Source of the DNA: Azolla caroliniana
Taxonomy: Eukaryota > Plantae > Polypodiophyta
NCBI GenBank assembly: GCA_043228905.1
Contig: JBHGNT010000005.1
Location: 2,604,001-2,668,000 of the forward strand
Direction of reading: 5' to 3'
Length of the DNA stretch: 64,000 nt
Below, one piece after another: positions 1 through 13,067 of the stretch; the stretch's first letter is position 1; every line of letters starts with the position of its first letter. A program made the position numbers and the translations under genes. Under the pieces are notes generated by a model, which was not told the DNA's origin, ran no database searches, and worked only from the letters and a program-made list of their open reading frames with translations.

Positions 1-1078
1 TTTACCCTCGAATTTGTTGTTCAACATAAGTAGGATTGATCTCAATGAAACCCAGCATATTTATCCTAGAAATGTCGTAGAAATGTGATCACTTGCTTTC
101 TTTATCCTAGATAAGATCACTTGTGGAAAATGCATTTCTGCATTTTTCACAACACCTAAGAAATGCATAACTAATTATGAGAAACTACTGACTGAAGAAA
201 AGGATGGAGTGGGAATTCTCTGCAGTGTTCCAACCTGGCCTATTATTCACTATTTATATAAATAGATCAGAAAATCAGAGATAAAAAGGGAATCCTAAAA
301 AACCACCAAAATGTAAACTCTCACCATGAATGGAAATCAAGACTTCGTTCATTAAATTGGATATCCAAACCAAAATACAAATGATGCTTACATACAAGAG
401 ATACATCAGATAAAGATTTTGCTTCAAAGGGCACCCATACTAATAGGATGAGCATGTCATTCCTTTGAGGTTGGGATTATAAAGCAAACATAAAAAGAAA
501 CGCCCCAATCATACAAGAGAAACATAAAGTATTCAATATTCCAGAATTTCAAGTTTTTGCTTCACAACTACACGTATTTGTACAACAGATGCAATGCCCT
601 TTCCTCTTGTCTATAAAGAGATCTAGAGTCATGAATTGGAATAACTACCTCCTGATGGAACTGGAGCACATACTAATAATGGTAATTTCTAGTTGCAAAA
701 TATTCCAACAGGTTAGCTTAATTTACATATAATATAGCAAATCATGGAAATTGCACGTCTCAGTTGAATATTATGCAAATCCATGACTTGTAGTCAATAT
801 TCACAGGCAGCTCAATTACATCGAATTTGATTTTGAATAGTTATGAGATTCATATAATAAATCAGTGAGCAAACCAATATGCACTGTTCAGCATTCAAGG
901 AGTGCTTCAGCTCAAGGCATACTTCTATCTTAAAGGAGTAAGTAAAACTCACAGAAAGATACATACAGTAAGTAAAATAATGCAGCATATTTCTTCATTT
1001 TCAAGGTTACAACCTCAGATACAACAATGCTGTTCCACTTAAGATGGCATGTTTGATTACGTAGTGTGCAGAACTCGA

Positions 1079-4000
1079 TTATATACTTTGCGATACATCA
1101 AAAATAGTCTGCAACCATTATATGCAAAAATAACAAATATCATCAAAACATCACTGAGACTTCTGATAAAATGAGTTACAAAACAAAAAACTTGCAGACT
1201 TATGATCTACTCTACCTGATTAAGAAGCTTTACAACTGCACCTCTTGTGAACTTCCTTGCAAACAAGAAACATGGTCGAAGAGTTTCATTGCTACTGCAC
1301 CACTCTGTTCTGTATTCAGTTTCATAGTAAACTGAAACAATCCTCTATAAAAATAAAAAATAAAGGGAAGTGTTATATTTTTTAGCATCAAATGAAACTA
1401 AAATATACACCAACCATTGATAGCTTCACAATTAAACAAACACTATCAATTCAGTTTGGATCCTTTCATGCCCAATGGTAGGTAAGCATCCAATTACGTT
1501 GATATTACATATCAGTTCAAAGTAAGACAAAATGTGCACATGTACTGTTCAGTATTTTATGAAAATTTTAAGAAGTTTGGATACTTTCATGCACAACGAA
1601 AGTTACGAGAAGGCATACTTTGATACCATCAACCAGCTCTGGACTAGTATCTGAATATGTGAAGGTAACAGGATGCCATCCCTTTCTTTCCTGATCCCTG
1701 GTTGACTGATTCCATAATGTATACGTGACAGTTCTCCTTTCAATCTCACCCTCAAATCCTCTTATCTGGTCTTTTCCACAAGAAATATCATGTCAACCAG
1801 AATAATTATACCAACAATAACAAAACACTTTTCAATCACTTGGAAGCTCTATCTGTGAATGCACCATCCATCATGTACAATAGACCACGATTCCAAAGCT
1901 AATCGATCTTGCAAAAAGGTATGCTAAACAGCACAAGTTTACATGGATTGCTATACCACATACATGATTTATATTCTGGAGAAAATTCATTGCTTTACCT
2001 TCATATAAAATGTTCAAATCATTGAATCCAATTTACCAGGATACCTTCATTAAACCAATCAATAATTCGGCACGATTTAGTTAATAGGAAAGACACTTAC
2101 TGCCAGCAGTGTTTGTACATAATGTTCATCAGGTATACAATTATGCTGCTTTGATGGATCCCCGACCTGCCCAACCAGTAAAAATAGATTAACATATCAT
2201 ATTTACACTATCTGATTAATCTTTTTAATAGTATGAATTGGAGTAGTATCCACTAACCATGTGTTGCTGCCTCCAGAATTCAGGTAACGGTCTCCTCTGT
2301 AAATAGAAACATAATTACATCAGCAAGACTCCACAAATTTTGTTCTAACACTTACCTTTTTCATCAGTCCTCACTAATAATTCAATGAAGCATTCATTCT
2401 AGCATTGACATATGCAATATAAAATCAACACCACTCACTTTACAATGCTTTTGAAACAATGGAAAGACATTGTCATCATAGGCAACAACTGCAGCATGAT
2501 CACGCTTTAACGCAAACCACTGCAACCATGACAAAATGGGAATTTGGTCAGCAAACGAATAAAAACCATATGAAGAAATTTGGTAGCTACAAATGATCTT
2601 ACACAATGACAAGTGTGTATGAGAATTCATAAGAGAAACTGATCGTTTTTTATTATTGAAACCAAGTTTATCAGCTTTAAGAAAAACATCTCATTTCAAA
2701 AGCTTTGAACGCAATATGACCTCCTATGCTCCCATTAGGACTCGGCAACAGCTTGGTTCAAGCCTGAACTGAGCCGTTAAACCACTTTTAAATGGTTTGG
2801 CAGTTCGGTTCAGGCTTGATCTTCCTTAACCGGTTTGAGTTCAGTTTGGGATGGCTCAAGCCAAAACGAACCATTTGGGTCCAAACCGGTTCTCAAACTG
2901 GTTAAGCTTAATCGGCTTGACTAAACCGATTTAGGAATCGGTTTGGTCCAAGTTTGAAAACTCCCAAACAGGTTAAGGCTTAACAGGTTTGGTTTGGACA
3001 AGGCCAAACTGATTAAGCCGAACCATTGCTGATTCCTAGCCTCCCATTGTCGATCATGTGCATCTCAATCATACCAGAAAAATCAATCAAGACAGCTTGA
3101 CAAAGAGAGCAAGAAAAAGCCCCAAATGAATCACCATACATTCTAGCAAAGTTTCAAAACATATGCAAAATGGTGATGATTCCAGCAACAGAGTTACTGT
3201 TAAAAAAAATGTAAATGCATGCATCTGTGTAACTGCACCTGAGAACCTTTTCTCCATTTTTCTATTTGGATTGTGGGACCCATCTTAGGATTATAGCGCT
3301 TCTCCTTGGTATCTAAAAAACTGTTCACAATATAAATTTCATTTAAAACGATCTGTCAAAACATTGCACAGCGAAGCCTACGGAGGATTACATTTTTTTC
3401 CTACAGTGTGACCATTACTAATATGAAAATTAAGAGCAAAAGAAAGATTCCCGTGTTCAAAGTTAACTGTTATACAATAGCTTCTGGTATAATCGAGTAG
3501 ACCTCCGCAGATCTTCTATACACAAAAATTGTTTTGCAATTGCAGTTTTCATATCAAAAGGAATACTTTCATACCTGTCCACAAAGCTCTTCGGTGAAGC
3601 CATAATATAACCGTATATGTAAGTGAAATTGTATAAAGGTGCACAACTGCAAACAATTTCAAGACTAATTAAGATTAAACGATACTTCAGCATATGCAAC
3701 TTCATGTTATCGAATTTCTGAATTGAAGCTTAAAAAGAATGTAGGTTTATCAAAGTGTGACTGAAAAGCAGACTCAAGAATTAAATACTGTGCTGCTAAT
3801 TGCAATTAATCAGAGTAAAGATTTAGCACATTAGCATAGCGTTGTTAACAGGCAGTATGGACAAGTGCTGCATGGAAACGTTATCAAAGTGTAGTTTTGG
3901 CGCATGACCATATCTTTGTTAGCAGGCGCAATGAGTACAGATACCTAACAAGAATGTGATCATGTTTTAATGTACCCATTGGTTGGCCCCGCATAGAAAC

Positions 4001-7000
4001 CCAAATTTCTATTTGGAAATTGACATGTCAATATTGAAGAATGGATTGAAAGACATCTTACTGTAAGAGTATCGCACAATAGCAATTAAGATTTACCGAT
4101 TAGAAATTACAGATAGAATACTTCCAAATAATTCCTTGAATAACAGAAAGGTTCCTTTTACTGTCCAACATTATATGAAGTATGTAAAAATATTCAATTA
4201 ATACAATCAGAATATAGCATACTTCCTGGAAATATGCTTGTACCTTTTTTTTTTAAGACAAATCATCCTTGAATATGCAATTTTTTTCTTTGTTCTCTCT
4301 CCTATGCTCACCCTACACTAAGGGAGTGAGAATGGAGTCAACAGAAAGATGCAAGACGTCCTTACAAGACCCTCGTTCAAAAAATCTATTTAATGTCGTC
4401 AATACAATGCAGACAAATGTTGAGTTTCGCAATGAGAATATACTGATTTTATGGGGACTAAAATCTTTAGCCAAATTCAACATTCTGCATATAATGTAAT
4501 AATAACATAGATGGTTTCTGCATATAATATAATCTTTAGCCAAATTAGAAAATGTATAAGCAGAATTCTGAGATCTCAAACAAATCATACGAAACAATTA
4601 TGAAGGCATCTTTCCTTGTACAAAATTCAGTATGTTTCTAGAAGTCATTGACAAATCAAAAAGTTTCTACAAATTTAAGTCCTATAAATCTTCAGTATGT
4701 TTCTATAGGTAGAGTTGGACAGCCCTAAGATCTTAAGCAGACCATACCAACTAATACTCTAAGATCCTAAACAGATCATTCCAACTCTTGGATTTTAGTG
4801 TAGAAAAATCAAACGTTTCCATGATTTAAGATGCTATAAACTCTCCAGGATGTTCTTAAAAGGAGAATTGCACAAGTTATAAGCAACAAGATCAAAACCA
4901 CTCATACAATCATAAATGCATGTTCCACGTACAAATACTAGATATTTATTTCTAGATAGCAAATCAAAAGGTTTCCACGTTTAAAGATCCTATGAATTCT
5001 CCAGTAGGTTATTAATTCTAAGCAATGACCAATGCTAGCATTGAGAGGAGACCGTTAAAAAAATGTTTAAACGAATCAAAATTATCAACCAAAGAATGTA
5101 TCAAACATTTACCTGTCAGAGATGAGGAGGAAGCGTTCGTTTGAAGGATCTTTGAGAGCCTCAGCAAGTAACAACCGCTCTGCCTCTATCATGCTTGCTC
5201 CTCCCCAATCTACCTACAAAGTTAGCAAAGTGCTAGAGCATGCTTCACAAGTTTCATAAAATCCAAAAGTTAAATCATAATAATAATAATGATCTTGTGT
5301 TCATACCAGAATGCTATTTTGTAGCTGCCGATCATAAAAATATTTGCATACTGTAGTTTTCTTGCTGTAAACAAAGCCAGGCCTTGAATGAATATATATT
5401 GAGAAAAGATCTTTTGCAGCTTCCTATCAAAGACATGAACACACTCAAATAAATAATGTACCTTAAAATAAGTTAAGAGGAAAGGAAACAGGTTATCCAA
5501 TAATTGACACATTAGAAGTTTACAAGTGATCTTTACAACTTCTATAATAAAAATCTAGCTCTAGTTCTTTCACCTTTTTATTTTTTCTGCAAAACGAGAC
5601 TTAACAGCACATGACTCTCAAGTCACAACAGATGCAACTCTAGATGTAATCTTCTTGAAATCAACGCTAAAAACTGGATCAATGGATACGAGTTTTAAAT
5701 TTATTGGCATATCTTAATGGATTGTGGCTAAAAGAATGCGATCTATAGTAGAAGATTGTGTAACAGTCACTAGTTTACATAGTAAGCTCCAATAGCTGTA
5801 AATAATATTATTTACCAAACTGTTGTAAAGGTTTGAGCACATATTGCTAGAGAAAATCAAGATTTCAAAAGAGGTCACTGTTGGCAGAAGATTAGGTCAA
5901 AATGTTTACAAATAGGGATCTTTAGCATTCCTGCTTTGAACTCTGCTTACTCCTTCCACATGACACCATGGGTATTTCATTATATACGGTGTGTACAGAT
6001 GCATATCAATTGTACATTTGTATCTAATTACATAGGCCATATCCTAGCAAGGTTAGGAAAATAAGATTGGTACATGCTTCAGCTGAAAGTAAGATCTTTC
6101 ACATTGCTGAATTCAATCACTTGAGAAATAAGTAAGAATGCATGTATTTCTAATTCATTTTGGTTGTTTCCATGGACATTTGATAGTATATTGCATGTAT
6201 TTGGAATTATTTGAATACAAAAACCTTTTTCCAGGGTTACAGAAATTGAATATAATGTGCTAAGATTCAATCTCTGGCAAGATCTTTAGCATTGTTGCAT
6301 TCTATCACTGAGGATGAAGCTAAAGCTAATTCCTTCAATATCGCTGTTTGCTTGCGGTTACTCGATACTATGACGCATAGACTTCTGTATTTTGAATATT
6401 GAGATGTCTTTTTGAGGTTCTTTCTTAGTAGCTGCATGGAATGTACTTACAATCAAACCTTCAGTGAGATCATTCGCCATTCTGTACACAATCACTTAAC
6501 AACAAATGAGTATCTTGCAATTCCTTGGCTTGGGTATCACTGCTTCCTTGTGGAAATTTAAAACTACCAAGAAAGAACCTTAAAAGCAAATCAGATATCT
6601 TTGTTTTGGACTTTTTGTCAGTAACTCCATGGATTGCACTTACAAGCAAATCTTCAGTAAGTTCTTTAGCATTATAGATTTCTATCACCGAGAATGAGTC
6701 CATTATTTGTTTATAAACCTTTGAAAGTAAAATTTATACATTTTCAGTATTTTTATTAAAGACAAATCTTTGTAAGATATCTTGAAAACCTATATGACCT
6801 AGGGAATCTTTACGTGGAATCATTTGGAGAAGGCTACATCTATTTTTAAGATCTGAAAACTTATTCCAGATTGAAGGTTAATGATCATTTTAGGCATAAA
6901 TGATCGTCCACTTATTCTTAAACTGGATCAATCTATTTCTAATCTCTCAGTTTGGTTATGGATCTTGCTAGGAACATGCATATAATTCCATATTCTAAGT

Positions 7001-7451
7001 ACAGAGACCTTTTCTGGGAGGTTTCTTTCTCGGTATCTACATAGAATGTACTTAGAATAAAAATGGTTAACTTTTTGTTGAGTGATATACCAGCACAAAT
7101 TTAAGAAAATTAAACAAGCAATTGAAAGATGATGCATAAATGAAAGCAGAGAACTTAGAGAACGAGGAAGACGAAACATACCTGAAAGAAGATGTTCCAG
7201 ACAAGGTCAAGAGGCATTCTGTTGCGAGCCAGGAAAAGGAAAGCAAGTTTCGGAGGAGAAGACGGGGACTGAACCTGCAGAATGATTTGCGAAGAGAGAT
7301 GCGGATGTTGATTATTATGGTCGTGATGAGAGATGAGTAAGATGTGGCCGAGCTTGAGGAAACCAAGGAGGACGATGCTGATGCAGAAAAAGAGAAGCGC
7401 GATTTTCCTTCTCCAGCGATGGTGGCCTATGATAGTCTTCATCTTTGACAT
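1079..7451 (-). CDS. BC10/GT14-like (DUF266, core-2/I-branching beta-1,6-GlcNAc transferase family) glycosyltransferase, 11 exons: 7182-7451, 5307-5423, 5113-5213, 3575-3646, 3239-3320, 2439-2519, 2258-2296, 2101-2166, 1619-1765, 1216-1344, 1079-1108
   Basis: All ten introns are GT-AG and phase-consistent. The spliced protein has an N-terminal TM segment, then PKLAFLFLARNRMPLDLVW, FSIYIHSRPGF, VDWGGASMIEAERLLLAEALKDPSNERFLLISDSCAPLYNF, RYNPKM..WRKGSQWFAL, HNCIPDEHYVQTLL, GWHPVTF and CFLFARKF, all hallmarks of plant DUF266/BC10 proteins. Confidence 0.93.
2736..3038. mobile_element. Non-autonomous hAT-like MITE in intron 5 of the glycosyltransferase
   Basis: Imperfect TIRs (TAGGACTCGGCAA ... 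TTGCTGATTCCTA); flanks share (g/c)CTCCCAT as an approximate 8-bp TSD; interior is packed with AACCG/CGGTT/AAACC repeats; no ORF. Confidence 0.75.
4620..5010. repeat. Degenerate ~155-bp tandem repeat, about 3 units, intronic
   Basis: The motif aaatcaaa..gtttc.a...ttt.ag.t.ctat.aa.tct.cagta recurs near 4652, 4805 and 4961. Confidence 0.55.
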
Positions 7452-7467
7452 ATGATGGAAAGGCGCA

Positions 7468-7470
<3 letters not shown>

Positions 7471-7520
<50 letters not shown>
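7471..7520. repeat. (GA)n microsatellite, read as (CT)n in the glycosyltransferase 5' UTR
   Basis: Pure GA run about 20 nt upstream of the ATG on the minus strand. Confidence 0.95.
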
Positions 7521-7525
<5 letters not shown>

Positions 7526-7896
7526 GAGATCTGGCCCAAACGAAGATCCAGGAGTAACTGTGGAGACGGTTGCAGCTTCTCTTTCTCTCGCACTCTTGCA
7601 GTTAAAAGCAGTGGAAACGAAGATGGCGTCTTCAAGAAGCTTCTCTGTCTGTCTCTCTCTCAGGAAGACTGGAAACCGGTGTGGACTGGTGGTAGTCTCT
7701 CGGGGGAAACTGTAGTTAGCTTCTTCGAGAATCAAGTGCTTTTGAAAAGTTTTGACAGTTACTGAGTTGTATCGCTGGTTTGTATCGCTGGTTATTTTAT
7801 TTCTGTATCTTTTTAAAAAAGTATGTACAGGGAGGGAGAGCAGGTAAATACATCTTTCAGCCATATCTCCATATCCGAAGAGGATACACTATGTAA

Positions 7897-8160
7897 CCCA
7901 ATGGCATGCCTCACTTCAACCCCACCCAGGACCATGCTTCATCCAAAGTAGTGTCATCCAAAGTAGTGCACGTCTGATGTGAATGAGTCCAATCACTTTA
8001 GCAAGAGCTAAGGATTCGAGAGCATTGGAGTCAAAGTGATTTTAACTCAGCTCCCAATGGCATGGCTCGCTTCAACCCCGCCCAAGTGAATGAGTCTGAT
8101 CACTTCAGCAAGAGCTAAGGATTCGAGAGCATTGGAGTCAATGTGATTTTAACTCAGCTC
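7897..8160. repeat. Tandem duplication upstream of the glycosyltransferase
   Basis: cccaatggcatg..cttcaacccc ... gtgaatgagtc..atcactt.agcaagagctaaggattcgagagcattggagtcaa.gtgattttaactcagctc occurs twice. Confidence 0.8.
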
Positions 8161-8399
8161 ATTCTTATGCCCATTGTACTTGCGTATGCCCAAAATATTG
8201 TGTGCATTAGATGCAAATGAGCTCGCCCTTGAAGGTATCTCTTTGGAGAGACGAAGAACTCGAGCGTGCAAGACACCCCATGTACTTGTTGTAACTTGGG
8301 TGGGATTAATCAAGTGAGTATGTACACACATGATTTATCAACGATATAGTTCAATGGTCTCATGCCTTGATAGAATATTCATAGAAATCAAATGCTTGT

Positions 8400-9350
8400 A
8401 CAACAAAGGGGGTGAGTGTATAATTGCTTGATGAGTTTTATATAGTATTGAGATCAAATCAAAGCTCAATATAACGTTTAAACATTACAAATTTAAATAA
8501 ATATACATATGTATATATGATCTTTTTTTTTAGTTTTTGTTTATATGCATGTGTACATATGTGTGTGTGTATATATATATACCCTTTCTCTTGCTTTTTT
8601 ATGTTATTTATGTCAAAGCAGAACGAGATATGCAAAAAGGATGTGGGCCAAAGGCAACCCGTTGATGGATGACCACATGATAACAATTGAATATGAAAGC
8701 ATGTTGTTAGTTTGCATCGTCGAGCACAAATGGGAACTCAATTGAGATGATATGGCATTTACAAAAGCCAAGTCCAAAACAACTTTGTTATGAACCAGTT
8801 ATTCACACATTGTCGATGGTAGATTATATGTGCCAATAGATACTCAACGAAGCAACAATATGTAGACTTACAATGAAGACAAAGCAACTATATCATGTTT
8901 TACTACCAACAAAGAAAAATACGAGAATATTGAAGAGGGCTCAACATAAAATGCACCCATATGTCTCACCCAACCTATATCAGAGAATATTGGAAGAGGG
9001 TCCAACAAACTTATGAGTCAATAATATGTTACGCAATGCAACCAAAGTCGATCTCTTCATCGCTCGTGTCAAATCAATGAGCAAGCTACTAACCTTAGTC
9101 AATAATGGTGCAAGTGTTATTGTGCTTTCTTCAAGAGTTGAGATGACATGGACTATCTTGAGCTTTGATATTGCCAACACAAGTTAAAATTCTTTGGCAT
9201 TGCAACATTATGCATAGTATTGCTCCCATACAAGATATGAACACAAGGGAAATTTGTGGTATGCATGATGGGTCATGATCTCCTTTGTACTCCCAAAAGC
9301 ATACATTTTCGGACAATATTGGTGTGGAAACACTATGTAATTGAGCCCAC
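8400..9350 (+). mobile_element. Highly degraded LTR-retrotransposon relic
   Basis: PPT-like aaagggggtgag followed by TGT at about 8405-8418; residual IVDGRLYVPID peptide at 8809-8841, resembling the Ty3/gypsy pre-integrase GRLYVP motif. Frames are otherwise broken. Confidence 0.3.
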
Positions 9351-11159
9351 CGAGTAATAAAATGGTATTTTCAATACCCCTAAAGACTTTAAACAATAAT
9401 TGTATGTGGATACATGGGTAAAAAAGTGATTGATATACCTTAACATCAAAATGTTGTCTCTAAACTCATTTGCTTGCAGTTTTCCTTTTCCCACAATTGT
9501 TTTCTCTACAATAATATGTTACAACCTATGCTTTATGAAAAAGCCTCATAAAGCTCACATATATGATATACTCAAATCATTATACCTAAAGTAGTAGAAC
9601 AACACCATGAAAAATACACAAAAGCCTACCCGATACCGAAAGTACACAAATCACATCAACGTTGTGACATTGTTCCAAAATACTAGAACTAGAGAGATTA
9701 ATGCAAAAAATGGCAACCAATGAGGTAAATAACCACGGAGTAGTGGGTGAAGGATTGTAAAAAATGTATTAAAACGACTAAGCATGTTCAAAATTTGATA
9801 TGAACCTTGCTAACCACCCATATGACACAACTCATTACATTTCCATAGGTAGCCACTAACCTCCACCAAATCTAACAAACCACTCAAATATGCAAAATTT
9901 TCGTCTCCAAAGACATCTTCAGTGAACCACCAATGGATAACCCAATTGAAGAGTAGGACAACTATGGGTAAGCAAGTTGATGGTTGATATTTTCAGCATG
10001 TGGAAAAAAACAATTATCACAAATGAGTGCCTCTACCTACATCAACATGGTCCCATAGAGACAAAGGGATCTAGAAAATTAATGGTTGAATCTTCCCCAT
10101 GTCCCATTCCTACTATATATAGAAATCCCTTCTTAGAGACAAAAGCGACCTATTAAAAAAAAAGTCACGATGTGACCACAAGTCCCAACCAAAGGGAAGC
10201 CTTTTAACCTTGGTAACTTAGCTTTGTTTTTGCATTGCCAAAGGGAAGATCAAACGATCCCAAGAATCCCCACAACAATAAACACGAGAAAGGATACCAA
10301 GAACACAAACGATGTTTGAAATCAACCATATGCACAAGGGGACATACACTAAAAATTGTGAAGTGACAAACTAGACATCTCTAATTGCATTTCACTAGTT
10401 TCATCATCTCTTGTCTGATTTTATAATTTTTCTTTGCGTAAAAAAATAGAATCAAGTTTCTCCAAATGGGCAAACATGTCTTCTACATTGGAGTACTGCA
10501 ATTCCAAGCTTTCAATGCTTAGTGGGTTGGCATAATACCATTGAGATGGCATGGAATAAGCACTTGGAATCAAAGGCTCGAGTATATCATTATACCATGG
10601 ATTTGTTTGTTCTCAAACGAAAAGTGGTGGTACCAATATGGGACACATCTTCAGGAGCATGCCAATAGACAATAGATATACCTCATATGATCACCGCGAG
10701 GGATGATGATAGTTGTATTATACGAGAAACATTTTAATGGAACAAACTTGAATTGAAAGATATTTGGATCAACTTGGAATGAATACAAAAAAAGTTGAAG
10801 GGAATTCACGAAGGATGTGAAAATATGGGTGTTATGTAGAAAGCTTGTCATGTTGAAGACAGGATGTGGTGGAGATTGAAATGCATGAGATATGAAATGA
10901 CAAAGCATGCAAGCGAGAGAAACATGAATGCAGAGAGTGCAGTCTTTACTAGAGATAGACGTATTCGTGGACCGAAGGAATGATTCCATCGATGGAGAGG
11001 ATAAAGTCTCGGGAAGAGATTGAGTGGGAAAGAAGTCAATAGTAAGCTACTAAGTCCATAAGAGATGCATGCTAGTTAAGTAAATGTGCATGTATGTAGA
11101 TAGGGGGATAGGTAGACAATGCAATGGCCAACATTTTGTGAAAGATATTGTGGGAGAAA

Positions 11160-13067
11160 TTAGCCCTTCACCTCCTTTTCATAGAGAGCAATGGTGTAAA
11201 GCATGATGACAAGGGTCATGATGATGAGGGAGGCTGCTGAGAGAAGGGACACAAGGAACCACGGTCGGCTAAGATAAGTTCTCTTGAACTCTGCCTTTAG
11301 GGTATTAGTCTTACGTCGTGTGTGCCTCATGAGTTGTTTTGCAACTCTCTCATATGGACGGTTACACACTCTCATAGTGTTGACACACAATTGGTTCCAC
11401 ATCATGGCCACTTCTTCGTTACTCCCGATGTCCTGTGCAATCACTCCTTTCTCCACGAGCAACGCGACGTCCTCGGGCGTGTCTACGAGACTATTCATAA
11501 AACGAAGGTACGAAAGCACCCCAACCTCGTCCACGTCTCCTCCTTTTTGGCTCTCGTAGGCAATCAAATTCCTAAAGAAGCCCTCTGTCTCGTCCCCTAC
11601 TCTTATCTTGGGGACGTAAAGGATGGCACGCCGCTCGTCGTACTTCACGGAAACCATGCTTCTCCCGCCCTTGTGTCTACGCCGGGTCCGGCCATCCATG
11701 GGTTTGAACCGGATGCCCGCGTTATGTAGCTCCATGGCGCTCAAGAAATGGGTGGGCGACTCGACCAAATTGTTCTCATTGATCATGGTGGTCGTTCCGC
11801 CAGCACCACCTTCGAAGTATGGGAAGTCGTCGCCCATTTCTTCGTCGGCGTCGGGGGTAGGGGCGGGGACGGGGGCGGGGGCGGGGGTGGGTGGTGGGGC
11901 ATGGCGGCGCCACAGGCTAGAAAACCAGCCATTTCCACGGGGCGGCGGCACGGGAGAGGATGCCATGTGCAAGCCGCTGGCTCCTCCTCCTCCCCTAACC
12001 AAAGGGCGGGTGGGGGCCGGGCCGGCCCCCGACAAGGAAGAGTTGGAAGGGGAGAAGGGGACACCCATGCCACAGGAGGAGGAATTCGTCTCGTCTCCTT
12101 TCCCCAGGCTAGAGCTGGTGCTATAGTCTCCTCCTCCGCCCCTCCCAAAGGCTGATTTGGTGGAGTAGTAATTCGACCCTTTCTCCGCCTCCTCTTCCTC
12201 GCTCGTCACAATCCCATACAAGCAATCCAGCAAGTGCTTTCTGGACTTCACGCTCCTGGCGATGGATTTCACGCTCTGCTCCCCGAGCTCCCCCCAATCG
12301 AAAGGAACAGTCTCTCTCGCCACTTCCTCCACCATAGCTCCCAGCAGCTTCTCCGCCTTCTCATCGCTCCCGCACTCCGAGCTCATCCTGATGACTTTCA
12401 GGAGCAAGAACAAGGGGATCTGGTTCTCCAGGAGCATGAAGTCTTGCAGCACAGACTTCCTGAGAGGCCTAGGGAACCTTTTACAGTAGTATGTGTGGAA
12501 CCCACCCTCGTGGCCCATCCCTCCATTAGACCTCAACACCTCTACAACGAAGCAAGCATCTAGCGCCAGCATGTAGGCCAGCTTCTCGTCCACCTTGCAG
12601 GTCACCAGCTCTGTGTAATACTCTGCCCTCACCATCCCTGCCATGCCCAGGAATTCCTTCACGATGGTGGAGAAATCTTGGGTCCTCAGTGTTTTCTCCA
12701 CATACTTGGACGCCATGACCTTGTGCATCTCCATCTCCTTCGCAGCTAATGCTTTGTAACGCTCCGTGTCTTCATTCCTTGGGAACGAGCTATGATGAGG
12801 GCCCAAGTCATTGTGGTAAGGGCCTAACGCTACCACCTGTGGGACAAAAGCTTCGTGTTTTAGGCCTCTGAGAGGGCTTGGCGCCATGAAAATGGATGGC
12901 CTGTGAGAGGAATCTCTGCATTCGGCCTGTCTCAGTTCCTTCTTTATGTGGGCGACCCAAGTCTCTTCTGCTTGCCTCATGTTCTCTATGGCGGCTGGGT
13001 TGGAGATGGAGAAGGACAAATTTGACCTCAGGAACAGAGGGTTTATATGTGGGTCCACTGAATCCAT
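11160..13067 (-). CDS. DUF247/UPF0481 family protein, 635 aa, intronless, C-terminal TM helix, long central Gly/Ser/Pro-rich insertion
   Basis: Motifs SIF..P..LR....EAFVPQVVALGPYH, MLALDACFVVE, DFMLLENQIPLFLL, HLLDCLY, SAMELHNAGIRFK, LYVPKIRV...TEGFFRNLIAYE, SYLRFMNSLVDTPEDVALL..KGVI and a hydrophobic C-terminus PWFLVSLLSAASLIIMTLVIMLY. Confidence 0.93.
   Translation of the reverse strand: MDSVDPHINPLFLRSNLSFSISNPAAIENMRQAEETWVAHIKKELRQAECRDSSHRPSIFMAPSPLRGLKHEAFVPQVVALGPYHNDLGPHHSSFPRNEDTERYKALAAKEMEMHKVMASKYVEKTLRTQDFSTIVKEFLGMAGMVRAEYYTELVTCKVDEKLAYMLALDACFVVEVLRSNGGMGHEGGFHTYYCKRFPRPLRKSVLQDFMLLENQIPLFLLLKVIRMSSECGSDEKAEKLLGAMVEEVARETVPFDWGELGEQSVKSIARSVKSRKHLLDCLYGIVTSEEEEAEKGSNYYSTKSAFGRGGGGDYSTSSSLGKGDETNSSSCGMGVPFSPSNSSLSGAGPAPTRPLVRGGGGASGLHMASSPVPPPRGNGWFSSLWRRHAPPPTPAPAPVPAPTPDADEEMGDDFPYFEGGAGGTTTMINENNLVESPTHFLSAMELHNAGIRFKPMDGRTRRRHKGGRSMVSVKYDERRAILYVPKIRVGDETEGFFRNLIAYESQKGGDVDEVGVLSYLRFMNSLVDTPEDVALLVEKGVIAQDIGSNEEVAMMWNQLCVNTMRVCNRPYERVAKQLMRHTRRKTNTLKAEFKRTYLSRPWFLVSLLSAASLIIMTLVIMLYTIALYEKEVKG

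Noticed and set aside
589-681. Possible plus-strand exon (caacag|...|gtaat)
   Set aside because: No recognisable peptide and no partner exons; it lies downstream of the minus-strand gene.
7315-7864. ORFs 7315-7635, 7439-7864, 7445-7765 and 7452-7715 with SLSL/RERE runs
   Set aside because: They are open only because of the (GA)n microsatellite and the GC-richer leader; no protein similarity.
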